From the sequence record ON287372.1: a DNA stretch of 64,000 bases; one strand, 5' to 3'. Made by a program: the position numbers and the translations under genes. Positions 19,447-29,923 of this stretch are shown piece after piece. A model generated the notes under the pieces. The model saw only the letters and a list, made by a program, of their open reading frames with translations, was not told the origin of the DNA and made no database searches. Position 1 is the stretch's first letter. Each line of letters begins with the position of its first letter.

Positions 19447-22336
19447 TTATGATCTCGAAGCTAAATTGAAAGCAGCGCCGTGGAACCCGGCCTCCTTTCA
19501 GCGCGTCGGTCTGGAATTCCTTGCCAGTAAACTTAATGGCGATGTACTGACCGACGTGAACTCACCGGTAGTTCATTTACTGGAAGTGAGTGCTTCTCAA
19601 GCAGTTGAACACATCAACGTCTCTCTGGCTAATGACCGCCGTCACTATCCACTGTTGGCAAATAACTTCTCTGACCTCTACGGGCACATGTCCGATGCTG
19701 ACTATCTGGAACGCTTCGGTAGCCCTGGTCAAGTTACGCTGATGTACTACGTTGCTTACGACGAAGTCATTCGGGCGATGAAAGTTATTCCTGGTACTGA
19801 GGTTAAGCGCGTGATTATTCCTCGCTATACTCAGATCAGTCCGAGCGATACTCCTTTAACGTTGCTTTACCCATTGGAGATCCGTCAGTTGCCTCACGGT
19901 GGTATTCAGGTATCTTACAATACCGATGCAACTTCGCCGATTCAGACTCTTTCGGATAACCTGTTGAAGTGGGAATTGATCAACGACCCGGATGACGTTA
20001 AGTACATGATGATCTACATCCCAGTCTATCAACTGGAACGTAACGTGACGCTGGAACAGGTCATGGATGTCCGTACTCGCTTTGCGGTATCCTTTACCGA
20101 TCAGTATTTCTACACTCGTTGCTTCTTCGGTCAGGAAGGTAACTGGACTGAGATGTCTACTACGCACTCTCTCCAAGTTTACGACGAGAAAGTCCCTACT
20201 GCTATTCTTCAGGTAGCAGAAGGTTTCATTAACGTGACCATCCCGCCTATCTACTTAACGAATCGTTCTATTAGCGGTACGTTGCGTATTGACGTCTATA
20301 CGACGAAAGGCGATATCGTTCAGGATCTGAGTAACTTTGCTTCCGACACGTTCGGAGTTACTTGGGGCAACGATATGGACGTTCCTTCGCTGAATGCTTT
20401 CTCCTCGGCTGTCCCTAACTTGTCCTATGTGTTTGTTTCTAACGATACGATCCGTGGTGGCATTAACGGCCTGACTTTCGAAGAGCAGCGTGAGCGTGTC
20501 ATCAACAACGCAACTAAGGTAAGTATTCCAATTACCCCTGCTCAGATCGAAGCTAAGTTGAACCGTGCTGGATTCGATATTCTGAAGTCTCGCGATGACT
20601 TGACTGAACGTCTTTATCTGGCAACGTCTACAATGGCTGTTCCGGATAACTCTCCGTTCTCTTCCGGTATCGCTACTGCAATCAGTACGCTTCAGACTTC
20701 CATGACTGAACTGGCTGGCTTGAAGGGCGTGTTCGACAATAACGAACGTCTTACGCTCTCCCCTAAAGTACTCTATTCTTTCGAGAATGGCGTATTGAAG
20801 ACGGTAGCCGACAACTCACGTCCTGAGATTCTGAACAAGACTCCAGAAGCATTGATCAACGCCATTAACGGCGGTAGCTACGTTTACTCCCCGTTCCACT
20901 ACGTGCTGGATGCAACTGAGAACAACTTCTCCCTTCGTCCGTATTACCTGACTGATCCTAAAGTGATACGTCGTAGTTTCATTCGCGACAATGCCAGTGC
21001 GGGGATTGCATTAACGACGAAAGAGTTTTCATTCACTCGTTACGACGGCGGTTATCGTCTGATGGTTAAGACAGGTGTCGATGATAAATATCTGAGCATC
21101 GATCCAGCGAATCGTTTCCTGCAGTTGGCATTCGTCCCTCCGGGTGAATCTGACTATGCGTATCTCAACGGTACGTTTGCAGGGGTGAACAACAAGGACG
21201 CTATCTGGTCATTCGATATTAAGACCAACTTTGATATCGATCGTGACAACAACTTGATCGTAACTAACTTCTCCATGTACGAAGCGGCACCTCGTGCGTT
21301 CCCTCTGCCACTGGAACAGGAATTTACTTTGCTCAACGTAGTTTGCGAATACGCACCTCCTGGGTTGCAGCAGACTGCGATTGATTTAGTCATCGGTAAG
21401 TTCTTGGTTGGTAAAGATCCGGTTGGACTGATGGAAGAGCGCGTTACTCTGGAGCTGGGTAAAACCATGAGTAACCTCTGGTCGGGTTCTCGTGTGCTGG
21501 CAGGTAGCTACGTCTATCAGACTTACGCTACCAACGTTTATCTGTTCTACGAGAATGATGTTCCGGTAATGAATCCCGATGGTACTGCCAAGTACGAAGT
21601 TATCGATGGGGAATTCTCATTGGTACTCGAGCACAAGGCAGGTGACCCTGTACTAGATGCTCAAGGTAGTCAGGTAATTAAGTTCAAAGCTGGTGACCCT
21701 GTACTAGATAGCAACGGTCAACCTGTTCCGGTATCTCCTCGTCCTACGATTCGTCTGATTGACATCTTTGTCATGGACGGTAACTATTACTACGCAGATG
21801 GTGCGGCTGAGAAATCTGACGCTGCCTTCTTGCCAAGTAATATCGTAAACGACATTCTTCCTCGGTTGAGTGAAGTTGCCAAAGGTCGTTTAGAACAAAC
21901 GATTATCTCGTTCTATCCTAAACAGAGTTTGGGTTCGGTCGAGGTATTGGTGGATGATGGTCAAAGTCAGTTCATTTCAGGTTCTCTGTCCTTCAAAACT
22001 AAAGTTCTGTTGACAGATATTGCCTGGCGTGACACCAAGTATCGTAGTGAACTTCAGAAGACAATCAGTCGCATCATCAACACTGAACTTCGGAAGGAAA
22101 CCGTCTCTACCATGAACATCATTTCTGCGATCAAGGATCAACGTGATGAGAACGTTCGTGGGTTCGAGATGTCGATCATGAGTAATGGTCGTGAGGTGAA
22201 TACCTTTACTGCTATAGACCAGTCCGTACAGCCTACCGTACGTCGTTTACTGGAATACGCAGGTGATGGTACTTACCAGGTTCACGAAGATATCTCTGTT
22301 GATTGGCGTGACCACACCGGTCGTCGTTACAATTAA
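19439..22336 (+). CDS. Baseplate wedge protein (T4 gp6/baseplate J-like)
   Basis: 965 aa; GGINGLTFEEQRERVI resembles the baseplate-J GGxDxExxxxLRxR motif. Confidence 0.65.
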   Translation: MADYDLEAKLKAAPWNPASFQRVGLEFLASKLNGDVLTDVNSPVVHLLEVSASQAVEHINVSLANDRRHYPLLANNFSDLYGHMSDADYLERFGSPGQVTLMYYVAYDEVIRAMKVIPGTEVKRVIIPRYTQISPSDTPLTLLYPLEIRQLPHGGIQVSYNTDATSPIQTLSDNLLKWELINDPDDVKYMMIYIPVYQLERNVTLEQVMDVRTRFAVSFTDQYFYTRCFFGQEGNWTEMSTTHSLQVYDEKVPTAILQVAEGFINVTIPPIYLTNRSISGTLRIDVYTTKGDIVQDLSNFASDTFGVTWGNDMDVPSLNAFSSAVPNLSYVFVSNDTIRGGINGLTFEEQRERVINNATKVSIPITPAQIEAKLNRAGFDILKSRDDLTERLYLATSTMAVPDNSPFSSGIATAISTLQTSMTELAGLKGVFDNNERLTLSPKVLYSFENGVLKTVADNSRPEILNKTPEALINAINGGSYVYSPFHYVLDATENNFSLRPYYLTDPKVIRRSFIRDNASAGIALTTKEFSFTRYDGGYRLMVKTGVDDKYLSIDPANRFLQLAFVPPGESDYAYLNGTFAGVNNKDAIWSFDIKTNFDIDRDNNLIVTNFSMYEAAPRAFPLPLEQEFTLLNVVCEYAPPGLQQTAIDLVIGKFLVGKDPVGLMEERVTLELGKTMSNLWSGSRVLAGSYVYQTYATNVYLFYENDVPVMNPDGTAKYEVIDGEFSLVLEHKAGDPVLDAQGSQVIKFKAGDPVLDSNGQPVPVSPRPTIRLIDIFVMDGNYYYADGAAEKSDAAFLPSNIVNDILPRLSEVAKGRLEQTIISFYPKQSLGSVEVLVDDGQSQFISGSLSFKTKVLLTDIAWRDTKYRSELQKTISRIINTELRKETVSTMNIISAIKDQRDENVRGFEMSIMSNGREVNTFTAIDQSVQPTVRRLLEYAGDGTYQVHEDISVDWRDHTGRRYN

Positions 22337-22346
22337 GCAAACATAG

Positions 22347-22368
22347 GGAGAGGGCAAACGCCCTCTCC
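22347..22368. terminator. Bidirectional terminator between convergent genes
   Basis: GGAGAGGGC/GCCCTCTCC stem. Confidence 0.7.
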
Positions 22369-22374
22369 TCTATT

Positions 22375-23592
22375 TTATTTTTTTCCGATCTTACGCAACC
22401 ACTCATCAGAAATCACGAAGAACCGGTATGCTTCAGAGAACATGTCTTCGCTGAATTGGAAGAAACGCAGGATGTTGAAGTGTTCGTTACTGATACGTTC
22501 TACTGTACTTATCAGAGAGCGAATCTCCGGCCATTCCGTTGTGCTCTGAGTATCCAGCTTATCCGTTACGCTAACGAGCTTAGCCGAGACATCTTCAAGC
22601 TTAGTACCCAATGTACCAAACAACGCAAAAATGTTATCTGGGATAATCAATGGGCTATTGCTAGCGGAGAGTACTTTGGTAAGGTGGTCGACAATACCTT
22701 GAACCTTAGCGACATCCATGACATCCAAAGAACGGTGTTCTTCAGACGACACGGTAAACCAATCTTTGATCGCCCGGATGCTTTGACGGTTATCGTTGGA
22801 GCGAGTTCCGAGGTACCCGGAGAAACGGTTGATCCCATCGATAACGATGTCGTCATCCGATGAAGCTGCAGCAACTTCTTCCTCAGATACATTGCCGCCG
22901 GATGACAACTTATCAACGACTCTATTAACACGATCAAGTTCTTGAATCATGTCTTTAAGGTCGCCTTCAAAGGTATGGGTGGCGCGTTGGTATTCCGTGA
23001 GTAATCGATCGCCCGGATCAGCTAACCGAGACACTACCACGTTAAACGCACTATCCATCGCCGAAGCATAAGTTCGCAATTCTTCATCAGATTTGATTTC
23101 TTCAGGAGACATGAACTCAGTTGGACGAGGATCATTGTTACGTTTCTCTACTCCTTCTTTCTGGCGTTCACGACGCTTAACAAAAGAGGGAAGTTTCTCT
23201 TTGATCATCTGGATGATTTTCTTAATGAACTCAACCAAACGACCAACCATATTCTTGGCAATGCCAATGATACGGTGATTCACTTCTTCAACGGCCACAT
23301 TGGAGTTGGTCATTGACGGTTTTAACGTGTAGCTGGAAAGCGGGTACCGATGATCCAAAGGACTGAAATCAGAAAGCGACTCCAAAGCAGTCATGCTCTG
23401 GCGATCGATACCTTCCGTTTTAATTTTCTCCAGGGTCTTTTCCAACTCAGACAACCGAGCATTGTCACCGTTTCGTTTAACGATGTACATCGCCCAGTTG
23501 CTGTTGAGTTCCATAGCGAGTTCACGAAGGTCGCGACCATCACTACCGATAAAACTAAAGACACCCGGAACGGATCTTACTATCTCATCCAT
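22375..23592 (-). CDS. Head protein, distant internal-head paralog
   Basis: TALES and VAVEE motifs then amphipathic helix VGRLVEFIKKIIQMIK. Confidence 0.6.
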   Translation of the reverse strand: MDEIVRSVPGVFSFIGSDGRDLRELAMELNSNWAMYIVKRNGDNARLSELEKTLEKIKTEGIDRQSMTALESLSDFSPLDHRYPLSSYTLKPSMTNSNVAVEEVNHRIIGIAKNMVGRLVEFIKKIIQMIKEKLPSFVKRRERQKEGVEKRNNDPRPTEFMSPEEIKSDEELRTYASAMDSAFNVVVSRLADPGDRLLTEYQRATHTFEGDLKDMIQELDRVNRVVDKLSSGGNVSEEEVAAASSDDDIVIDGINRFSGYLGTRSNDNRQSIRAIKDWFTVSSEEHRSLDVMDVAKVQGIVDHLTKVLSASNSPLIIPDNIFALFGTLGTKLEDVSAKLVSVTDKLDTQSTTEWPEIRSLISTVERISNEHFNILRFFQFSEDMFSEAYRFFVISDEWLRKIGKK

Positions 23593-24595
23593 TCTTGTTT
23601 CCTAGAAGGTGTTCGCACCTTGCAGTAACCAGGTTCAACATTGGCTCTTCTGCTTCAAACTGCTGGAACAGATGCTCTCCAGAAACTTCCACCGCTTTAT
23701 CGAGAATGTGCGCCATCCCATCCGTGATGTACATGAGGATCTGTACGCGGTCAGCGATAGACTCCCATGCGATTGCAATCTTTCCGTATTCTTTCCCGAG
23801 CAACGTTTTAAGTTCATGGTTCATCGGACGTACCGTATACAACGAACGTACCTGACTGAGAGTTTTAATCGCTGAGTCCAACGGGGATGATCCCAATTGA
23901 TTAAACAATGAATCGATAATCCCCAAGTTGGGTTTCTCGTTAGCCCATGAAATCTCAACTGCGGTTGTATTTACCAACTCCTCTTCCCACTTGTCAGGAA
24001 GAGTTTTACCCGACTTAAATAAGTTAGGTCCAGTCGACTCGTAATTAACGCTGTACGAGCTCTCAGAAACGATTTTAAGCGCTTCTAAGGAACTAGCTAT
24101 AACTTCATCAGAGTTGTCGATGTGAGGGTAAATAAGAGCCGCTGAGAGCGAATTATTCAACTCGCTCAATCTCGGGATCATTTTCGTGATTGACAATACT
24201 GCATCGATGTAGGGTTTGACGGTTGCTGAACTATCGCAAATACCTTCAAAGAAGAATGTACGATGAATATTCAGCGAGTCGATCAAAGGCTTCAGTATCG
24301 GATTGGCCTCTGGCCCCGTGAGGCGCCGAGTCGTTCTGACGAACTGAAGAAGTTCAGTTAATTCAGAAAGAAGAACCCGTTCTTTAGAAAGTACAGGGGC
24401 GACTTTCCTGAACATGGTCAGGCTGTCAACGATATAGGTCAGTGAGGTTAACACTGACCCTACATTATTACCGAAGGAATCGCCCTCTCCTGCGGTCGTG
24501 TGTTGACGCCGTTTTACCAAGTCACTCAGGTCATTAAACGTCTGACCGGAAAGGCGCGGTCTTTTAGAATCCAACGCACGATAGGCTGAGGACAT
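23585..24595 (-). CDS. Putative virion protein
   Basis: Likely start MSSAYRAL at 24595; SSLEA and VNYES motifs. Confidence 0.6.
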   Translation of the reverse strand: MSSAYRALDSKRPRLSGQTFNDLSDLVKRRQHTTAGEGDSFGNNVGSVLTSLTYIVDSLTMFRKVAPVLSKERVLLSELTELLQFVRTTRRLTGPEANPILKPLIDSLNIHRTFFFEGICDSSATVKPYIDAVLSITKMIPRLSELNNSLSAALIYPHIDNSDEVIASSLEALKIVSESSYSVNYESTGPNLFKSGKTLPDKWEEELVNTTAVEISWANEKPNLGIIDSLFNQLGSSPLDSAIKTLSQVRSLYTVRPMNHELKTLLGKEYGKIAIAWESIADRVQILMYITDGMAHILDKAVEVSGEHLFQQFEAEEPMLNLVTARCEHLLGNKNG

Positions 24596-24608
24596 AGTCG
24601 CGTCCTTC

Positions 24609-25052
24609 TTAGAGTTGAGTCGCATCCATCAGATACGCAGAGATCTGTGGATAAAGGATAGTGGCGGCTTCAGCTACCTTGGCCGACTCTTCCAGGGTCT
24701 GATCGATTGCGCTCAGGTAACGACGACCTGGGTTATCACCATTGGTGAACATTTTGATCTGCTCAACGTCATTGATGAATAGAGCGCGGTAACGATCCAG
24801 CCAAACCTGACGAACCCCTTCGATCACTGCACCGATATCGATCAGGTAGCGTTCGTTGAATTCGTTAGCGAAGTTACGAATTTTAGATTCGTAATGTTCC
24901 TGGTAGTAAGTAGCCGGGTCTTCACAGCCTTGGTTAGGAAGTGGCAAACCGTAGCCCAGGGTAAGTACCAGAGCTTGGGTAACCAGTGAACGTTTCAAAC
25001 CAACCTGTTTGGTCAGGGTGGTGGTGATTTCTTGGACGAATTGACGATTCAT
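24609..25052 (-). CDS. Conserved phiKZ-like virion-operon protein
   Basis: 147 aa, coupled to upstream gene. Confidence 0.7.
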   Translation of the reverse strand: MNRQFVQEITTTLTKQVGLKRSLVTQALVLTLGYGLPLPNQGCEDPATYYQEHYESKIRNFANEFNERYLIDIGAVIEGVRQVWLDRYRALFINDVEQIKMFTNGDNPGRRYLSAIDQTLEESAKVAEAATILYPQISAYLMDATQL

Positions 25053-26380
25053 CGAGTGGTACCTTCCAGGAGTTTCAATGAGTTTGCACGGACAAAGAGA
25101 TTGTTGCTAACTAAGGATTCCAGTTCCTGGAGTTCCTTGGTGATCTTTTTCTGACGGCGAGTTTCCGCAGACATCACCAACCACATTTTCTCTACGAAAG
25201 TTTCGCGGTCAGTGAGGTTGGCCAGGACGTTGTCGATAACCTGAAGATCTTCATCCAGAGACTTGCGCAGTTCGATAGGCAGGTCTTTGTTTTTCATCTT
25301 CAGTACGACTTCGTTACGCATACGTACAATGCGCTCACGTGGGCGGTCGTAGTTACGCTCATGCGGGTTGACGAAGGACATCATACCCAAGATGATTACG
25401 TTCAGTACAATACCAGGAGGGCCCAAGAAAGTGTTAACGCCCATAAACGCGATGAAGGAAATAGTCTTAACTGCTTCCATGGCGTAGAACCCGAAACCGC
25501 TCATGTAAGAGGAAGGTTCGCCGTAACGAAGAATCTTCTCCAGGCCGGTGGCGATGGCCACGGTGCAGCCCATGCGAGAAGCGAACTGATCGGAGATGGA
25601 TTCCCAGCTACGTTTGTCGTAGATAGTACTGCCAAACTCAGAGCGGATCTTTTCGTTGATTTCCGACATAACGTTAACAGTCATTACTTCAGTGCTGTCG
25701 GTGGTCGCCAACTCAGCAGCATTATTGAAACGAATGTCGTAATCCTTTTCCAGAGTGTTGATAACTTTAACACGCTGTTCGTCGCTATCTGCTTTCAGCA
25801 AACGGTTAACGGAATCCTGCAACACCAGTGCAGAAGAGATAGAGGTGCTCAGCATTTCGTAGTAGGTAAAGATGTGACCTACTTCGTGCAGGATGATACC
25901 TACTGCTTCAGCCGGCGTCATGAATTCGTTACCGATCACGGCACTGAATACGCCCAGACGAATAGGGATCTCTTGGAAGATCCCGCCGAGTTCTACCTTA
26001 CGCAGATCAACCCAGCCGATTGCATTGGCGTCACGCTTAACCGCTTTCTTACCTGCGGCTGCCTGTTCCATCATGCCGAAATAGCTTTTGATCAGGACTG
26101 AGCTTTTTACTAGGTCAGGTGGCACGGCGTACGCGTTGTAGGTAGTGTCGCTTTGAATAATGTCGAAAGTAACTTTCTTGGCCTTGATGCGGCGAGAGAT
26201 ACTTTTTGCTGCCAGATCAGAGAAAACTTTATTGCGCTCTTGTGCGCTCACGCCTTCTTTTTTACTCAGACGATAATCCTCTACGAGGACTTCGAGTTCA
26301 CGGCACAATACATCTGCCGTTTGGAAATCGATCGCCTCTACAGAGACGACAGAAGCTGGTTTAAACCACTGGTTATTCAT
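25049..26380 (-). CDS. Virion-operon protein with M48/zincin-like metallopeptidase motif
   Basis: IILHEVGH, then ESISDQFASRMG...LEKI; hydrophobic hairpin; start MNNQWF at 26380 with GAGGA RBS. Confidence 0.7.
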   Translation of the reverse strand: MNNQWFKPASVVSVEAIDFQTADVLCRELEVLVEDYRLSKKEGVSAQERNKVFSDLAAKSISRRIKAKKVTFDIIQSDTTYNAYAVPPDLVKSSVLIKSYFGMMEQAAAGKKAVKRDANAIGWVDLRKVELGGIFQEIPIRLGVFSAVIGNEFMTPAEAVGIILHEVGHIFTYYEMLSTSISSALVLQDSVNRLLKADSDEQRVKVINTLEKDYDIRFNNAAELATTDSTEVMTVNVMSEINEKIRSEFGSTIYDKRSWESISDQFASRMGCTVAIATGLEKILRYGEPSSYMSGFGFYAMEAVKTISFIAFMGVNTFLGPPGIVLNVIILGMMSFVNPHERNYDRPRERIVRMRNEVVLKMKNKDLPIELRKSLDEDLQVIDNVLANLTDRETFVEKMWLVMSAETRRQKKITKELQELESLVSNNLFVRANSLKLLEGTTR

Positions 26381-26518
26381 TACAAATTCCTCGCCTCTTT
26401 GAGGGACAATAAAGGAAATAGGGCTACACAAGAAAGGGCCGTCTTATATAGTGCTGTAGGAAAAAATGTCAAAGTCAATTGATGTAGAAGATTTTTATTT
26501 CAGTTCTTTGAGGTTTAC

Positions 26519-28264
26519 ATGACCCAAGTAAAACACGATTTCACTAAAGAAGATGTTGTTGGTTACGAATTCAAACATGCTTCTTACGCACCAAAAGACG
26601 GAAGCTATAGCGATGACTTGGTAGTAGTTAAAGAAGTTATCCACTTAAAAGATAAACGTCAGATTCCTAACCTTCGCTTTATCCGTAACTACCAGCGTCC
26701 TTACTTTTTAACTCTGGACTCTCAGCGTCGTCACAAAGACAAACGCGTATGGGAATCGGTCGATAACTTACGTCGTTATGAATGCACTCAAGCCGAAATG
26801 GTTGGTGACATTCAACGTAAGTTAAAAATGCGTGGTGGTCTTAAGACACTTAACCGCAATCCTTATCTCTACGGGACCGATATTACTTCTACCGTTTTGA
26901 TCAAACATGCTTATCTCAATAAGTATCCTGACCTTAAGTCTGAGTATCGTGTAGCTCACCTTGACATCGAATTCGACGTGACTTACGGTACAGACAAAAT
27001 CAACATGATCTCTGTATCGTGCGGTTCAGAAGTTTATCAGTTCGTAACTAAGCATTATGCCGGCACTAACCCTAACTTCATTAAAGAAGTGAAGGAATGT
27101 TACGATCGAGAAGTGAAGCCTATCCTTAATGAGATTGATACCCGTACTGAGGGTTTCGACTTCTTCGCTAAACGTAAGATTGTTCACGACTTCAATATCC
27201 ATGTTGAAATCGTAGACGATGAGTTCGAAGCGGTTCAGGCTATCTTCGATGTATTGCACAACGTCATCAAACCTGACATGTTGTCTATTTGGAACTTACC
27301 GTACGATACCGGAAAAATGGTTCAGGCAATCAAACGTCGCGGATTCACTCCTGAAGAAATCTTCTGTGACCCTAAAGTTCCTAAAGACTTCCGTTACTTC
27401 AACCTGATTGAAGGTGCGGCTAAGGTATTTGATGCGAACGGCGTTGCGGAATCTAAAGACCCATGTGACCGTTGGCATAAAGTTCACTGCCCTAGCAACT
27501 TCTTCTGGGTCGACCAGATGTCAGTACGTCGTGCTGTACGTAAGCACTTGAACAAAGAACCCTCTTATGCCTTGGGTAAAATCCTTGAGAAGACCTTTGG
27601 TTTCGGTAAGTTAAAAGGCGATGGTGACTTGCGTGCTACAGGGCTAGACTGGCACAAACACATGCAACGGCACAATAAGATTTTCTATTGCGTCTACAAC
27701 ATGTTCGATAACATCGGTGCTCAGTTATTGGATGAAGTAACGCTTGACTTGCGTTCTACATTCCCTGCTCAGTGTGGTTATAGCGACCTGCACTCTTATG
27801 GCTCACAAGGTCGTAAGTTGGCAGATGACTTCTACTTCGACTTACTGGATCGCGGTTATGTCCTGAGCGGCGTATCCGATAAGATGGAAAAAGAGATGGA
27901 CAAACATCTCGTTCCATTGGACGGATGGATCTCTACGTTGTCTGCTCACATGGTCCACCCTGACATGGGTAACAAGCTACTGGAAGATCTGCCTGACTCG
28001 ATCACTAAGATCATTCGTTGGGTATTGGATATCGACGTTAAGTCTTCGTATCCATCAACTGGTGTTTGGATGAACCTGTCTCAGGAAACTACCAAGTGGG
28101 CAATGTGTCGTATACGCGGTGTCTCTATGGAAGAGCAACGACGGGCTGGGCTTAACTTAGTTTCAGGTAAGGTTAACTCGGTTGATATCATGGTCAACGT
28201 TTGTAAGGCTCCTACTGCTATGCAATTACTGCAACGCTTCAAAGCGGCGAACGGTATCGCTTAA
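26519..28264 (+). CDS. Family B DNA polymerase, exonuclease/N-terminal half of the split phiKZ-type polymerase
   Basis: ExoI HLDIEFD, ExoII-like WNLPYD, ExoIII-like YNMFD, PolB motif A DIDVKSSYPS; protein ends before motifs B/C. Confidence 0.88.
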   Translation: MTQVKHDFTKEDVVGYEFKHASYAPKDGSYSDDLVVVKEVIHLKDKRQIPNLRFIRNYQRPYFLTLDSQRRHKDKRVWESVDNLRRYECTQAEMVGDIQRKLKMRGGLKTLNRNPYLYGTDITSTVLIKHAYLNKYPDLKSEYRVAHLDIEFDVTYGTDKINMISVSCGSEVYQFVTKHYAGTNPNFIKEVKECYDREVKPILNEIDTRTEGFDFFAKRKIVHDFNIHVEIVDDEFEAVQAIFDVLHNVIKPDMLSIWNLPYDTGKMVQAIKRRGFTPEEIFCDPKVPKDFRYFNLIEGAAKVFDANGVAESKDPCDRWHKVHCPSNFFWVDQMSVRRAVRKHLNKEPSYALGKILEKTFGFGKLKGDGDLRATGLDWHKHMQRHNKIFYCVYNMFDNIGAQLLDEVTLDLRSTFPAQCGYSDLHSYGSQGRKLADDFYFDLLDRGYVLSGVSDKMEKEMDKHLVPLDGWISTLSAHMVHPDMGNKLLEDLPDSITKIIRWVLDIDVKSSYPSTGVWMNLSQETTKWAMCRIRGVSMEEQRRAGLNLVSGKVNSVDIMVNVCKAPTAMQLLQRFKAANGIA

Positions 28265-28779
28265 TGCGAACTTTGCTAAGAACACAACGTAGGGTGGGTT
28301 CCACCCTACTTGTTTTTCGTGAGGTATCTGGAAAGATCCTTGGTTCTCGTCGAGAGCTACAATATGCGCGATTGGCAAAGGAAGCCTACAAGGAATACCA
28401 AACTGCTATAGAGGAATCCGTAGGTTACCGTCCATTTACTCTAGGTGGTAATCAGGAACACATTCTCTATTACTGGGGCGATGATGTCTCTAGGCGTAAT
28501 TACTTTGTTTATGACAACGAGCTCCCTATTGGCTTCATTAATGCGAGAAAGGAAACAACGGATGAAGGTATTAAGAAAGTTATTATTGATCGGGTATTTG
28601 TTCTACCTGAGCATCGAAACAAAGGAGCTGGACGCTATCTGGTCGATGGATTCATCCACGCCGAAGATTGGTCTATGGTTGAAATCGCTGGCTACCTATC
28701 CTCAGTTTCATTAATGGGATTCCTAACTAAGTTGGGATTCTACGCAGCGAGAACCACCTTCGTTAAAGCGAATGCATAA
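28264..28779 (+). CDS. GNAT-family acetyltransferase
   Basis: IDRVFVLPEHRNKGAGRYLV; FLTKLGF. True start uncertain because the ORF 5' end overlaps a terminator hairpin. Confidence 0.75.
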   Translation: MRTLLRTQRRVGSTLLVFREVSGKILGSRRELQYARLAKEAYKEYQTAIEESVGYRPFTLGGNQEHILYYWGDDVSRRNYFVYDNELPIGFINARKETTDEGIKKVIIDRVFVLPEHRNKGAGRYLVDGFIHAEDWSMVEIAGYLSSVSLMGFLTKLGFYAARTTFVKANA

Positions 28780-28781
28780 AT

Positions 28782-28813
28782 CCCTCCTACAGACCGCGAA
28801 GTCTGTAGGAGGG
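28782..28813. terminator. Bidirectional terminator
   Basis: CCCTCCTACAGAC/GTCTGTAGGAGGG 13-bp stem between convergent genes. Confidence 0.75.
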
Positions 28814-28826
28814 GATATGACGCTAT

Positions 28827-29489
28827 TTACTCGCCGCAGATTTCACGAATGAAACCAGCGATGCGATCGCGGTTAGCTGGCAAAGCGAATTTAGACGCTT
28901 GGTCCAGGTTCCACTTTTTGACGTGCAGGCGACGGTTTACCGGATCAGAGAACGCGATCACTGTATCCAGGAACAGGCGATAGTTGTTAAGTACAGTATC
29001 GCCCTGAGGCATTGAAGACAGGTTACGCATAACCATGTTGATTGCGAATGCCTTGCTGCGGTTTTCATTGACCACTTTCAGCAGGCGGCTAAAGCACACT
29101 GCGAAGTCGCCGTTGTCCGGCAGGTTTACCAGCTGGGTCAGGGTATTGAACAACATCTTCTGATAGCTCAGAATTTTGTCAGTTGTCATTACACGGCCCG
29201 GTGCCATTTCAGTGATGTAAGTATCCAGGTGGATAACGATTGAGCGGACGGTGTCGCTACGGTTAGCGTAGACATCGGCTACACTTTTAACTGGAGCTGT
29301 TTGCTCCGGTGCTGCAGTTGCTACTGAAGTGCCGACTGGAGAGTCTTGCGCTACGGAAGCTGCGCTATCGGTCCCTTCTGGGATTTCTGCAGCTGCTGCT
29401 TGTTGAACCTTAGCTTCAGAAGCCTGATCACTCAGTTCTGCTGCTTCAGCCATACGCATGCGCATACGGTCTTGTCTGTTCTTGCTCAT
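28827..29489 (-). CDS. Conserved phiKZ-like late protein
   Basis: 220 aa; AAGGA RBS; TATG at 29518-29521 upstream. Confidence 0.75.
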   Translation of the reverse strand: MSKNRQDRMRMRMAEAAELSDQASEAKVQQAAAAEIPEGTDSAASVAQDSPVGTSVATAAPEQTAPVKSVADVYANRSDTVRSIVIHLDTYITEMAPGRVMTTDKILSYQKMLFNTLTQLVNLPDNGDFAVCFSRLLKVVNENRSKAFAINMVMRNLSSMPQGDTVLNNYRLFLDTVIAFSDPVNRRLHVKKWNLDQASKFALPANRDRIAGFIREICGE

Positions 29490-29552
29490 GGCAATTTCCT
29501 TGAGGTATAGTTTGTTACATAGAATTACCGCCCGTTGCCAGGCGGTCTTCTA

Positions 29553-29882
29553 TTAGATTGGTTTAATGGGCGAACCATTATTGGGATTTATGCCCGCTTT
29601 CTGCAATGCGTCTTTCGTTGCATTGTCATCTTCGCTTCGCCAGCGAGTACAGCAGAGTTTAACCATTTCGATAATGTCATTGTCCATGTTAATGAATTCA
29701 GCAAAGGACATGTTCAGTTCTTTACCTACTTCATGCAAACGGAAGAACTCCAGTAACTCAACGTATTTACCTTTGTTCGCCGCTGCTTCTACACGGTGCA
29801 TCTCAATAATCGAATATGGATTACTCCGGTCGTACTCTTCTGAATAAATCCCGTTGTCGAGGTCATATGCACGACGTAGCAA
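29553..29882 (-). CDS. Tail-chaperone C-terminal extension ORF, probably reached by -1 frameshift
   Basis: Only a TTG start with a poorly spaced RBS; frame is open from 30104, across the T7 run of the upstream gene. Confidence 0.55.
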   Translation of the reverse strand: MLRRAYDLDNGIYSEEYDRSNPYSIIEMHRVEAAANKGKYVELLEFFRLHEVGKELNMSFAEFINMDNDIIEMVKLCCTRWRSEDDNATKDALQKAGINPNNGSPIKPI

Positions 29883-29923
29883 TATCTTACTCTGGAGACT
29901 CCCTTGTCCAAAGTATTTCTCTA

